Shown: positions 16,511-26,054 of the stretch, piece after piece | How the letters are laid out: every line of letters starts with the position of its first letter | Position numbering within the stretch: the first letter of the stretch is position 1 | From: an uncultured Lachnospiraceae bacterium | GTDB taxonomy: Bacteria; Bacillota; Clostridia; Lachnospirales; Lachnospiraceae | Direction of reading: 5' to 3' | Assembly (NCBI GenBank): GCA_944384125.1 | Contig: CALWSF010000008.1 | Location: 13,803 to 77,802 of the forward strand | Length of the DNA stretch: 64,000 nt | The notes under the pieces: generated by a model | What the model was told of the DNA's origin: nothing | What the model saw: the letters and a program-made list of their open reading frames with translations, nothing else | Database searches by the model: none | Position numbers and translations under genes: made by a program

Positions 16511-18348
16511 CACAGAGAGAGCGCAACCGACGAAAGACCAGAGCTCTCTTCCGGCGGATTCTTCATAAAACACTGATAGTTCAGGAGGACATCAAAGTAA
16601 GTCAGTGGGCGGAGCAATATCGGATTCTGGATGAGAGCAGCAATCTTTCCGGAAAATGGTCTAATTCTGTTACTCCTTATCTGGTAGGAATTATGGATGC
16701 TTTTAACGATCCGAAAATCAGGGAAATTTATCTTTGCAAAGGTTCCCAGCTGGGAGGGACAGAAGCATTGATTAATATGTTGGCTTATTTGATAAGTGAG
16801 GATCCGGGGCCCACTATGATCGTTTATCCGTCTGATGATTTGGCTAAGGATATTTCCAATGATAAATTAAAGCCGGCTTTCCGCCTTATTCCTAAAATCA
16901 AAAAACAGTTTTATGAGAACAGCTCAAAAGAACTTCGGTTAAAGTTTAAAGATATGACGATTTATCTTAGAGGAGCCGGCTCTCCGTCAAAATTGTCGTC
17001 CAAGGCTATTAAGTATCTGTTTTTCGATGAAATCGATAAGATGGGAGGGGCATCCAAGAAAGAGGCGTCGCCTTACAATTTGGCGATGGAGCGAATCAAG
17101 ACTTTCAAATCTCAGAGTAAAGTATACGCCTGTTCTACGCCAACATTAAAAACAAATTATATCTGGCAGCTTTCTGACAATGCGGATGAGGTACGGGAAT
17201 ATTTTGTTCCCTGTCCTCATTGCGGAGAAATGCAGCAGTTGATTTTCAAACAGATTATTTTCTGTGAAGATCCGGAAAAGAATATGTCTCCCTATATGCG
17301 GGCTCAGACGGCCGTTTATATCTGTCCCAAATGTGGATGCGAAATACTTGATAAAGATAAACCCAAAATGCTGCGACAAGGGGAGTGGCGCGCTGTGAAA
17401 AAAAGAGGGGTTGGGGATCCCAAAACGGTAGGATTCCATATCAGCTCTCTCTATAGTATTTTTGTGACATGGGCGGAGGTTGCGGAAGAATTTTTAAAAT
17501 CTCATGAAGATCCAGATATGTTCCAGAACTTTGTCAACTCCTGGCTGGCAGAGCCCTGGGAAGATACAAAGCTGAAGACAACAGAGGACACAGTTAAGGA
17601 ACGTCAGACGGAATACGAAGAATTTGAGGTACCGGACTGGGCTATTGAGCTGACCGGAGGCATTGATGTGCAGGAAACTTCTGTATATTGGGTAATTCGT
17701 GCCTGGGGAGAACATTGGACCAGTCAATGTATTGCCAGAGGGCAGGAGATAGATCTCTGGAAGACAGATGAGATTATGAATTTGAATTATGAGAAGAGGG
17801 ATGGCACGAAATTAACGCCATCCCTTGTTTTAGTTGATTCTGGCGATCAGACTGATATGGTTTACAATTTTTGTGCAGACACATCGGAGTATACGCTTCC
17901 CAGTAAGGGCGCCAGTAAAAAGTTGGAAACAGATTATAAATTCAGTACCATTAATAAACCTGGTTCAAAAGCTGCCGGAATGAACCTGGTAATTGTTGAT
18001 ACGGCCAAATATAAGGACCGAATTGCGGCCAGGATGCGGCGGCAGAATGGAAATGGCGCCTGGATGGTTTTTAAAGGAATTGATGATGAGTATGCTGCGC
18101 AGGTTACCTCGGAACACAAAATTAATGAGCGGCAGGCTAATGGAATTCCAGTGCAGAAGTGGGTATTAAAAAACAGTCATGGAGACAATCATTACCTGGA
18201 TGCGGAAGTATATGCGATGGCGGCGGCGGATATACGAGGTGCAAGAACGTGGCATCTGGAAAAATATGAGCCGCCGGCTCATAAACAGAGTCCATTGTCA
18301 CAGGAAGAGCAGTGGATTACGGAAAATGAATTGGAAGGGTGGAAATGA
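16507..18348 (+). CDS. terL: Terminase large subunit, GpA family
   Basis: KGSQLGGTE Walker A, FFDEIDK Walker B, CPHC Zn motif, GIDVQ and NHYLDAEVYA nuclease motifs. Confidence 0.95.
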   Translation: MTQRERNRRKTRALFRRILHKTLIVQEDIKVSQWAEQYRILDESSNLSGKWSNSVTPYLVGIMDAFNDPKIREIYLCKGSQLGGTEALINMLAYLISEDPGPTMIVYPSDDLAKDISNDKLKPAFRLIPKIKKQFYENSSKELRLKFKDMTIYLRGAGSPSKLSSKAIKYLFFDEIDKMGGASKKEASPYNLAMERIKTFKSQSKVYACSTPTLKTNYIWQLSDNADEVREYFVPCPHCGEMQQLIFKQIIFCEDPEKNMSPYMRAQTAVYICPKCGCEILDKDKPKMLRQGEWRAVKKRGVGDPKTVGFHISSLYSIFVTWAEVAEEFLKSHEDPDMFQNFVNSWLAEPWEDTKLKTTEDTVKERQTEYEEFEVPDWAIELTGGIDVQETSVYWVIRAWGEHWTSQCIARGQEIDLWKTDEIMNLNYEKRDGTKLTPSLVLVDSGDQTDMVYNFCADTSEYTLPSKGASKKLETDYKFSTINKPGSKAAGMNLVIVDTAKYKDRIAARMRRQNGNGAWMVFKGIDDEYAAQVTSEHKINERQANGIPVQKWVLKNSHGDNHYLDAEVYAMAAADIRGARTWHLEKYEPPAHKQSPLSQEEQWITENELEGWK

Positions 18349-18349
18349 T

Positions 18350-18595
18350 ATGCCAGATGAATTAAAAATCCCATATGGAACACCAGCTGAACAGTTGAAA
18401 ACTTTAAATGAGGCAATTTATAAAATACTGATGGGTGGTCAGTCTTATAAGATTGGTACCCGTTCTCTGACCAGGGCAGATTTGGGAACGCTGATTGGGG
18501 AACGAGATAGACTGGAAGCTCAGATTCGGGGCAGCGATACAACGCTTCTGGCCGGGGCGTATGCTGCGGATTTTGGGCCGGATAACAGGAGGTAG
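18350..18595 (+). CDS. Head-tail joining protein, gpW-like
   Basis: GQSYKIGTRSLTRADL between terL and portal. Confidence 0.7.
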   Translation: MPDELKIPYGTPAEQLKTLNEAIYKILMGGQSYKIGTRSLTRADLGTLIGERDRLEAQIRGSDTTLLAGAYAADFGPDNRR

Positions 18596-18597
18596 GT

Positions 18598-20112
18598 ATG
18601 AAACTAAATGTGATTGACCGGCTGATTGGTGCGGTCAGCCCTAAAATGGGGGCACAGAGGGCGGCCTGGAGAAGCCAGTATGAGGCATACAGGGGAAATT
18701 ATGATGCCAGTGATTCTGGAAGGCTTCAAAATCAATGGACATCTCAAAATTTATCTGCAGAGATGACAGACCGATATGAAAGAGATACCGTGCGGGCCCG
18801 GGCGCGCGATTTGGAACGTAATTCCGATGTGATGAACTCAATTTTGCGAGCTTTTCGAAGAAATGTAATTGGCGCCGGACTACAGGTAAGAACAACAACA
18901 GGAGATACAGATCTGGATGCAGTGCTGGAAAAAGCATGGAACAGATGGTGTAAGGCGAAGAACTGTGATGTAACCGGACAGCAGTCTTTTGTCCAGATGA
19001 TACGGATGTGTATCCAACGTAAAATTACAGATGGCGGGGTATTGATTGTAAAGCGGTATACGAATCAGGGATTCCTTCCGCTGCAGTTACAGGTTTTAGA
19101 GGTGGATGAGCTGGATTCAACTCAGATCAAGCCGCATAAGGCGGGAAATAAGGTGGTCGGAGGTATCGAATATAATTCATGGAATCGTCCGGAAGGGTTC
19201 TGGATCCGTCAGTATTCGATTGACGGGTACACATCACTGGCGCCGGTTTATCTGGAGGCAAATGATGTGATTTTTTATTACAGTAAAAAACGCCCGTCAC
19301 AAGTTCGGGAAATATCGGACATGAGTTCGATATTAGTTCGGACAAAAGATATGAATGAGTTTATGACAGCTGTTACAATCAAGGAGAAGATTGCTGCCTG
19401 CCTGGCTGTTTTTATTAAGCGAACCAATCCCGCCGGAGGATCGCCTGGCAGGACATACCAGCACAGCCAGAATCCTGTTAAGTATGAGGGAAAACGTGTA
19501 GTACCGGGGATGATTATGGAGATGAATCTGGGAGACGAGGCACAAATGTTAAATCCTGCCGGTCAGGGTACGGATGCCACGGCTTTTATTAAGGCCCAGC
19601 AGAGGATGATTTCATCTGCCGCCGGTTTGTCTTATGAGGCAACTTCCAGAGATATGTCAGAAACCAATTATGCCTCTGCCCGTCAATCTATGATTGAGGA
19701 TGATTTGACCTACGATGAGGAAAAGGAACTTCTGATAGACAGTGTTATGAATGAAGTGTATGAGTCCTTTGTAATTTCCTGTTGGCTGAAAGGGATTATT
19801 TCTCCCGTCAGTTTTTGGGAAGAAAAAGAAAAGTATTTTTCTCACGAGTGGGTTGTAAAACCAAAGCGCTGGATTGATCCATCTAAGGAAGCAAATGCCA
19901 ATGGGGTTGCATTAAAAACAGTTCAGAAAACCTTTCAGGAAATGTGTGCCGAAAATGGCCGCGATTGGAAAAAAGTTGTTGATGAAGTGGCAGAAGCGCA
20001 GGAATATGCGATGAAACAGGGGATTGATTTATTGTCACTGGTACAGGGAACGGCTGCGGAAACGGGCGTAAAGGAGGAAAATGAAGATGAAACAGATGGG
20101 AAATCAAAATAG
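18598..20112 (+). CDS. Portal protein, lambda family
   Basis: RARARDLERN, NVIGAG, NYASARQS, WIDPSKE motifs. Confidence 0.95.
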   Translation: MKLNVIDRLIGAVSPKMGAQRAAWRSQYEAYRGNYDASDSGRLQNQWTSQNLSAEMTDRYERDTVRARARDLERNSDVMNSILRAFRRNVIGAGLQVRTTTGDTDLDAVLEKAWNRWCKAKNCDVTGQQSFVQMIRMCIQRKITDGGVLIVKRYTNQGFLPLQLQVLEVDELDSTQIKPHKAGNKVVGGIEYNSWNRPEGFWIRQYSIDGYTSLAPVYLEANDVIFYYSKKRPSQVREISDMSSILVRTKDMNEFMTAVTIKEKIAACLAVFIKRTNPAGGSPGRTYQHSQNPVKYEGKRVVPGMIMEMNLGDEAQMLNPAGQGTDATAFIKAQQRMISSAAGLSYEATSRDMSETNYASARQSMIEDDLTYDEEKELLIDSVMNEVYESFVISCWLKGIISPVSFWEEKEKYFSHEWVVKPKRWIDPSKEANANGVALKTVQKTFQEMCAENGRDWKKVVDEVAEAQEYAMKQGIDLLSLVQGTAAETGVKEENEDETDGKSK

Positions 20113-20764
20113 ACAGGGTGGGAAAAACAGAGAATGTCCAATGAGAAGAAACCCTCAGGGGCAGGATGATTTTCGCCCGTTTCGTTTTATAGATGCCGGG
20201 ATTCGGGCTTTAGAGGGGGAGGAAAGCGAACGGCGGTTTGAGCTCTCTTTTTCATCGGAAGAGCCTTATACAAGATGGTACGGAGTGGAAATTTTGGATC
20301 ATTCCGGCGATTGCATGGATTTAAGCCGCCTGCAGTCTGTTGGGGTTGTGTTATTTAATCACAATACCAATAAGGTTCTGGGGAAGATTGTAAAAGCCTG
20401 GAATGAAAAAGGAAGAGGGCAGGCAATTATTGAATTTGATGATGACGATGAGGCTGAAACGATACGAAAGAAGGTTACAGGCGGAACTTTAAAGGGCGTA
20501 TCGGTTGGATACAGTGTGGATGCATGGGAGGAAGTAGCAGCCGGAAAGAAATCAAGTGACGGAAGGTTTACTGGCCCTTGTTATATTGCCAAGAAATGGA
20601 CACCGCTTGAGATTAGCATTGTCTCAGTGCCGGCAGATCCGACAGTAGGAGTTGGACGGGCATATAATGAATCTGAAATTATATTAACAACTCTGCCATT
20701 GGAGCTGTCGATCCTGGAGAGAATGGTGCAGGTAAATGAGAATCTGATAAAGGGAAAAAGATAA
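20081..20764 (+). CDS. HK97-type prohead protease
   Basis: LFNHN, GVSVGY, EISIVSVPADPTVG. Confidence 0.85.
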   Translation: MKMKQMGNQNRQGGKNRECPMRRNPQGQDDFRPFRFIDAGIRALEGEESERRFELSFSSEEPYTRWYGVEILDHSGDCMDLSRLQSVGVVLFNHNTNKVLGKIVKAWNEKGRGQAIIEFDDDDEAETIRKKVTGGTLKGVSVGYSVDAWEEVAAGKKSSDGRFTGPCYIAKKWTPLEISIVSVPADPTVGVGRAYNESEIILTTLPLELSILERMVQVNENLIKGKR

Positions 20765-20789
20765 AAGCTGCCCTGGTTGGACAGCTTTT
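20763..20789. terminator. Bidirectional terminator between protease and hicB
   Basis: AAAAGCTG..CAGCTTTT. Confidence 0.6.
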
Positions 20790-20793
20790 AAAT

Positions 20794-21219
20794 TTATGAC
20801 TGAATTTTTGCAAGAAGGGCTTCCTGCAGAGTTTGAGAAAAATTGATTCCCCGTTCTATGGCAGCTTTGTTGAGCCATGCCGGGATTGATAGGGTCTTTT
20901 TGACAGATTTTTCAAAATGTTCTTTTGCATAAGAGTCTACATCAACTGACACAATGTTTACAAAATGTGGAGGTATGGGAGAATCTTCATAGATTTCTTT
21001 TAATTGTTCTTCGATATGAAGGGAATCTATTTCAGAGGCTGTGGGGATTGTCTCTCCATCCTTTTCGCAATCATAAAGGTATCCGGCCAGACAGTCTATA
21101 GCCATTGCCATAGCCTCTTCTAGGTCGCTCCCGCAGGTAGAAAGCCAGTTTAAATCAGGGAAGAAAACAGAATAACCCGTATCTTCTTTACAAAAACAAG
21201 CTGGGTACATAGATAACAT
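20794..21219 (-). CDS. hicB: HicB antitoxin
   Basis: YSVFFPDL..TCG..EEAMAMAIDCL; C-terminal RHH VKKTLSIPAWLN. Confidence 0.92.
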   Translation of the reverse strand: MLSMYPACFCKEDTGYSVFFPDLNWLSTCGSDLEEAMAMAIDCLAGYLYDCEKDGETIPTASEIDSLHIEEQLKEIYEDSPIPPHFVNIVSVDVDSYAKEHFEKSVKKTLSIPAWLNKAAIERGINFSQTLQEALLAKIQS

Positions 21220-21246
21220 ATTGAAACCTCCTTTAAAGGGGCAGGA

Positions 21247-21435
21247 CTATTTTAGTCCTGCCTGTCTTAAGATGGAATTTTCAGTGCCTTTTGGCAATTC
21301 TTTTGAATGAAAAGGAATCGTTACTTTTCCAGATTTTGTTGGGTGTATGTAATGCCGGTGTGATCCGGTTTGAGATTTAAACACCCAACCGTCGGAAAGA
21401 ATGATTCTTTCCATCTCGATTGGCTTTTTGGGCAT
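21247..21435 (-). CDS. hicA: HicA toxin (mRNA interferase)
   Basis: GWVFKSQTGSHRHYIHPTKSGKVTIPFH. Confidence 0.92.
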   Translation of the reverse strand: MPKKPIEMERIILSDGWVFKSQTGSHRHYIHPTKSGKVTIPFHSKELPKGTENSILRQAGLK

Positions 21436-21459
21436 TTTCGATTCCTCCTTATGTCAAAT

Positions 21460-21513
21460 ATTATAGCATAAAATACGTATAAAGTAAATGCGTATAAAAT
21501 AAAGACGTAAACA
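21460..21513 (-). promoter_or_regulatory. hicAB promoter with three 15-bp-period repeats (candidate HicB operators)
   Basis: TTTACT-17-TATAAT on minus strand; AAATACGTATAAA, AAATGCGTATAAA, AAAGACGTAAACA. Confidence 0.6.
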
Positions 21514-21550
21514 TAAAAAGAGCGAGAGGAAAAATAAATCATGACGATCG

Positions 21551-21581
21551 GAACGTCCTTCTTTGGAGGGGCGTTCTTTTT
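21551..21581 (+). terminator. Intrinsic terminator upstream of head genes
   Basis: GAACGTCCTTC/GAGGGGCGTTC plus TTTTT. Confidence 0.55.
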
Positions 21582-21606
21582 AATATAAAAAGAAAGGAGT
21601 TTTAGA

Positions 21607-21855
21607 ATGAACAATCTGGAGCAGGCAATGAAAAAGGTGGCAGCAGCATTGACAGGCGAAAAAGAAGCAGAGATGCCAGAACAGATGGAAAAAATCTGTG
21701 AGTATATCGCAGAGAATTATACCGGGGATTCTGGAGGTACTGCGCAAATAGATGCTGTGGAATTTACCCGAGAAGGGGCTACAGCGGAGACCTGTGCGAC
21801 AGCTATTGCTGCTATTATTGCCAATATGAAGACAGCAGGAATGATGAAAGAGTAG
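21607..21855 (+). CDS. Small head-fibre/decoration-like protein
   Basis: AAGGAG RBS; C-terminal IAAIIANMKTAGMM. Confidence 0.55.
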   Translation: MNNLEQAMKKVAAALTGEKEAEMPEQMEKICEYIAENYTGDSGGTAQIDAVEFTREGATAETCATAIAAIIANMKTAGMMKE

Positions 21856-21873
21856 GAAGGAGAAGAAAAAAGT

Positions 21874-23445
21874 ATGAATTTACAGGAAATGATTGCGCGT
21901 CAGAGACAGATTGTTGAAGACGCAAAGAGAGAAGGTCGCAGTCTGACAGTGGATGAGCAGAGGGAATTTGATCAACTCCAGGTGCAGATTGATGCGGAGG
22001 CAGACATTGGATCTGCCGGAACAGGTGGGGAAGGGAATGGCAGGAGTGTGGAAGGCTCCGGACAGAGGTCTATGGGAATGGCAGCGGAAGGATCTGTAAG
22101 TAATACCGAGAGTGTAAGACAGCAGGCAGCTCTGGCAGAGAGAACTCGGATTAGTGAGATTGTAGGACTTTGTCAGAGATTTGGAATCGACTCAGCAGAA
22201 TATATCTCCAGAGGAGACTCCATTGATCAGGTAAGAACAGCCGTATTAGAACGCCTGGAGCGGAATGGGACGCCGATCTCAGCCAGAGTGGTGGAGGATG
22301 AGGCTGATAAGAAGCGGTCAGCCATTGCAGATGGAATTCTGTTACATAATAACATCCATGTTGCAAATCCGGCTCCGGGAGCAAATGATTTTAGAAGTGC
22401 TTCTTTGTGGACAATTGCGGCTCATTGCCTGGCAGATGAGGATGGAGTAAATACCAGGGATTATTTTATGATGAGTCGAAATGATTTGTTTAGCGAGGTA
22501 ATGCGGCGCTCATATTACAATCCGACAGCAGCGTTTCCGGCTATTATGGATCAGGTAATTAATAAGGCATATGTGGAAGGACACAGGACCGCTCCGGTCA
22601 CTTTTGATCAGTTTACCACCCGAGGCACACTTTCCGATTTTAAGAAAGCGGATAATTATTATGTCCAGGGAGGGTTTGGCGAGTTCCTGGAAGTATCGGA
22701 AGGAGGAGAGCTTAAGCACACGCTGCCGACGGATGAAAAACTGCCGCAGAGACAGCTTAAAACATATGGACGACAGTTTACCATGTCACGTCAGGCATTT
22801 ATTAATGATGATATGGGAGTAATCACAACACTTCCTGCCAGGGCGGCAAAAGCGGCAAGGACAACCATAAATACTCAGGTATATCGTATCCTGACAGGGA
22901 ATCCCAAAATTTATGATGGAAAGCAGCTTTTTGGTACTGATCACAAGAACCTGTTGGCAAAAGGAACTGGTGTTACACAGGAGGCGGTTCAGTCTATGAT
23001 CCTGGCTCTTGGAGGCCACCGTAAAAAGATGGATGGAGCAGAGCAGGCAATTCTGATTCGGCCGGCTGTGATTGTGGTGCCGCTTGGATACAAATTCGCC
23101 ATGTACACTTTGTTCAATTCTGCTACGATCAGTGCTTCTGGAGATGTTAATCCTCTGTATCAGTATAAAGATACCATCCGTGTGGTAGAAGATGCGACTT
23201 TAAATGCTCAGGTGGCGACGGGGGCGATTCCGTGGTTTATGGTAGGCGACACCAATGATACAGATTTTATCCAGGTGGATTATCTGAATGGGCAGGAAAT
23301 TCCTAATATTCGCCGTATGGAAACTCCGGGGCAGTTAGGATATGTATGGGATGTATATGGAGACTGGGGTATTACTGTCCTGGATTTCCGCGGTGCAGTA
23401 AAGAATCCCGGAGTGGAGGTTACTACTCCAATCGCAACAGTTTAA
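21874..23445 (+). CDS. Major capsid protein with N-terminal scaffold-like region
   Basis: SDFK, YGRQFTMSRQAFINDD, VYGDWG motifs of Mu gpT-like capsids. Confidence 0.9.
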   Translation: MNLQEMIARQRQIVEDAKREGRSLTVDEQREFDQLQVQIDAEADIGSAGTGGEGNGRSVEGSGQRSMGMAAEGSVSNTESVRQQAALAERTRISEIVGLCQRFGIDSAEYISRGDSIDQVRTAVLERLERNGTPISARVVEDEADKKRSAIADGILLHNNIHVANPAPGANDFRSASLWTIAAHCLADEDGVNTRDYFMMSRNDLFSEVMRRSYYNPTAAFPAIMDQVINKAYVEGHRTAPVTFDQFTTRGTLSDFKKADNYYVQGGFGEFLEVSEGGELKHTLPTDEKLPQRQLKTYGRQFTMSRQAFINDDMGVITTLPARAAKAARTTINTQVYRILTGNPKIYDGKQLFGTDHKNLLAKGTGVTQEAVQSMILALGGHRKKMDGAEQAILIRPAVIVVPLGYKFAMYTLFNSATISASGDVNPLYQYKDTIRVVEDATLNAQVATGAIPWFMVGDTNDTDFIQVDYLNGQEIPNIRRMETPGQLGYVWDVYGDWGITVLDFRGAVKNPGVEVTTPIATV

Positions 23446-23458
23446 GGAGGTAAACTTT

Positions 23459-23788
23459 ATGGCAAAGACAGCAATTTATATCCAGCGCGGGGAATCGTTG
23501 GATTATCAGAACGCTACAGAGGAACTGATTTCGGCAGGAACGGCCATCCTTTTTGGAAAAAGGATCGGGGTAATCGGCGGAGACATTCCGCCGGGAGAAA
23601 CTGGTGCAGTTCATGTGGTGGGGGTATTTGAGATTCCCAAAAAATCTGGAGTAGCATTAAGTGCAGGAGATAATATTGTTTTTACAGAATCTGATGGAAT
23701 TGATAAAGCGACAGGGGATGTGATGGGGTATGCTGTGAAGGCTGCGAATGCTCAGGATGAAACAGCTGTCGTGAAAATTTTGGGGTAA
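23459..23788 (+). CDS. DUF2190 capsid decoration protein
   Basis: YIQRGESLDY..GVFEIPK..AGDNIVF. Confidence 0.8.
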   Translation: MAKTAIYIQRGESLDYQNATEELISAGTAILFGKRIGVIGGDIPPGETGAVHVVGVFEIPKKSGVALSAGDNIVFTESDGIDKATGDVMGYAVKAANAQDETAVVKILG

Positions 23789-23793
23789 TATGG

Positions 23794-24126
23794 ATGGACT
23801 TTAAAGAACTTATAAAGGATGATATCTCAAATGTATTTTTGAATCCGGAAGAGTTTGGAGAGCTGCATACGGTAGGAAACAGAAAAATGTGTATCCTTGT
23901 TGATGATAACGAGATGATTGAGCGCGAAAAAAGAACACCTATGTATGATGGAACGGAAGGGGTCTATAAACGGAAATTGCTCTTTTATGTGAAAGCTGCA
24001 GATTTTGGCCCTCTTCCGGCGGTGGGCAGGATGCTGACATTGGATGGAGGTTCCTACCGCGTCATTGATGCCATCAACGAGAGTGGGTTGTATTCCATTA
24101 GCCTGGAGGCGGTAAGAGCAACGTGA
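23794..24126 (+). CDS. Head closure/adaptor protein
   Basis: MDFKELIKDDISNVFLNPEEFGELH; position in head-tail region. Confidence 0.7.
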   Translation: MDFKELIKDDISNVFLNPEEFGELHTVGNRKMCILVDDNEMIEREKRTPMYDGTEGVYKRKLLFYVKAADFGPLPAVGRMLTLDGGSYRVIDAINESGLYSISLEAVRAT

Positions 24127-24734
24127 TTCGGATTGATGCACATTTGGAGAACCAGGAAAAAATAATCAGGTTATTGAAAGAAGCCGGAGGCCGGCGCCCG
24201 CGGTTTATAGTAAGGCAGGCTGTCAATGAAACAGCAAAGAATACCAGAAAGAAAATCTGGAAAGGGATAAGAAAAGATTATACGCTGCATGGAGTTTCAA
24301 TGAGCACAATGGAGCTTAAAAGAGCAACATCTTCGCAGCTTTGGGCAGAAATTTTTGTGTCGGGCAGGCAATTATCTCTTGTTACTTATTATAAGCACAG
24401 AAAAAACGGGAAGCGGACGTCAGCTAAAGCTGCGCAGAAACGAGGACCCCTTAAGCCGATTCAGATGGGGAGAATGAAAGGATTTGTAGTAACTATGCCC
24501 AATGGGCATACAGGGATTTTTCAGAGGGTTCCGGGAACTTATATGAAAGGTCATAAACGCAGACCATACAAAAATAATTCAGCAAAAATAACCAGAGGAA
24601 GAGAACAGATTCGGGAGAGCCTGGGCTCTTCTGTTTCAAAACTGGCAGAAGTTACTTATCGTTCCATAAGAAGTGAAACGCAGAGAGATTTAGAAACCGC
24701 TCTCTGGAGGTTTATTGATGAGGCATTTAAGTAG
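24123..24734 (+). CDS. Tail completion protein, gpZ-like
   Basis: Basic protein with GHTGIFQR..LGSSV; position. Confidence 0.65.
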   Translation: MIRIDAHLENQEKIIRLLKEAGGRRPRFIVRQAVNETAKNTRKKIWKGIRKDYTLHGVSMSTMELKRATSSQLWAEIFVSGRQLSLVTYYKHRKNGKRTSAKAAQKRGPLKPIQMGRMKGFVVTMPNGHTGIFQRVPGTYMKGHKRRPYKNNSAKITRGREQIRESLGSSVSKLAEVTYRSIRSETQRDLETALWRFIDEAFK

Positions 24735-24767
24735 ATACCGCATATAAGTTAGAAGGAGGAAAAAGAA

Positions 24768-25283
24768 ATGGCATATGAACCGACAGTATGGAAAACAGGA
24801 GATCTGATTTCAGCGGAAAAATTAAATAAGATGGAAATGGGAATCCAGAATGAGCAGGTTGGACCTCAGGGAGAGCCTGGAACACCGGGTACTCCCGGAG
24901 AAGCGGGAGAAGACGGGATTCGGGGTTCAAAATGGTTTTCCGGTACCGGAATTTCCGGAGGCTCCGGAATTGAGGAACAGGTATTTGCTTCCAGTGGAGT
25001 GACAGATGCTTTGACAAACGATCGGTATTTGAATACAGATGAGGGAAATGTTTACATTTGTGTACAGGCGGGGGATGCTGATACAGCAACGTGGTCATAT
25101 GAATTATCTATCATGGGGCCTAAAGGAGATACCGGAGCTGCCGGAGCCGATGGAGTCGGTCTGACGGGAGAAGCTCAGACGATGGAAAAATTAGCCGGAT
25201 CGGAAGAAGCCGCTGAGATTGCGACAAAAGTTAATGCAATCATAGATGTTCTGGTTGCCCGGGGAATTTGTACGTCATCATAA
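24768..25283 (+). CDS. Collagen-like fibre/decoration protein
   Basis: GXY repeats GPQGEPGTPGTPGEAG and GPKGDTGAAGADG; C-terminal KVNAIIDVLVARGI. Confidence 0.7.
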   Translation: MAYEPTVWKTGDLISAEKLNKMEMGIQNEQVGPQGEPGTPGTPGEAGEDGIRGSKWFSGTGISGGSGIEEQVFASSGVTDALTNDRYLNTDEGNVYICVQAGDADTATWSYELSIMGPKGDTGAAGADGVGLTGEAQTMEKLAGSEEAAEIATKVNAIIDVLVARGICTSS

Positions 25284-25294
25284 AGGAGAAAATA

Positions 25295-25798
25295 ATGACG
25301 AGTAACTGGTTGGAAGAGTGCTTAATACAGGAAATAGAGGAGGTGTGTTCTGGCCTGTATTTGAAGGGAGTGAACGGGGAACGAAAAGCGCTGAAAGGGT
25401 ATATGGAAGCACTTCCCCAACTGTCACTTCCGGAAAAATGGGATGAAGAGGAATCAAATTCTCTGGGAGATACAGAGCCGGAGGATGCGCTGATACCATA
25501 CTTTATTGTTCGGACACCAGAGCTTTCTTATATGGAGGACGGGGCACAGGCAAAAGTATATCTTGTTTTCTGTATTTATGATAGCGATGAGAAGATGAAA
25601 GGTTATCAGGCCTTGTGGAATATTCTGAATCGGATTACAGGCCGTTTTCGTTCTGATACAGCTTTAGATGCGTTCTTTTGCAGCCGGGAAATGAAAGCAG
25701 TAATTCAGGATGAGGATACATATCCGTATTATTTTGGAGGAATTGAAATGATCTGGCATTTGCCGGACTGGGAATGTGAGGAGATGAATAATGAGTAG
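25295..25798 (+). CDS. Tail terminator-like protein
   Basis: PYFIVR..YPYYFGGI motifs; precedes sheath. Confidence 0.6.
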   Translation: MTSNWLEECLIQEIEEVCSGLYLKGVNGERKALKGYMEALPQLSLPEKWDEEESNSLGDTEPEDALIPYFIVRTPELSYMEDGAQAKVYLVFCIYDSDEKMKGYQALWNILNRITGRFRSDTALDAFFCSREMKAVIQDEDTYPYYFGGIEMIWHLPDWECEEMNNE

Positions 25799-26054
25799 AT
25801 ACAGTGAAAAGGATGCGGCGGCCCGGGTTTATTTGGGGCCGTCTTTTTATGGAATTATTCAAAAGGGTACCGTCATGACAGGAGGTATTCCTCCTAAAAT
25901 GCAGACACTTTTGGAAAAACATCCATTTCTGAATGGGTTGCTTGTTCCGCTTGAAGAACTGGCCGGTAAGCGAAACGAAATACACAAAACGGGGACGGAG
26001 ATGAATATGCTTTATGAAAAGGCCAGACAGATAAAGGAGGGAAAGCATGTATAA
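25791..26054 (+). CDS. Small tail-region protein
   Basis: VYLGPS motif; coupled to sheath gene. Confidence 0.6.
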   Translation: MSRYSEKDAAARVYLGPSFYGIIQKGTVMTGGIPPKMQTLLEKHPFLNGLLVPLEELAGKRNEIHKTGTEMNMLYEKARQIKEGKHV

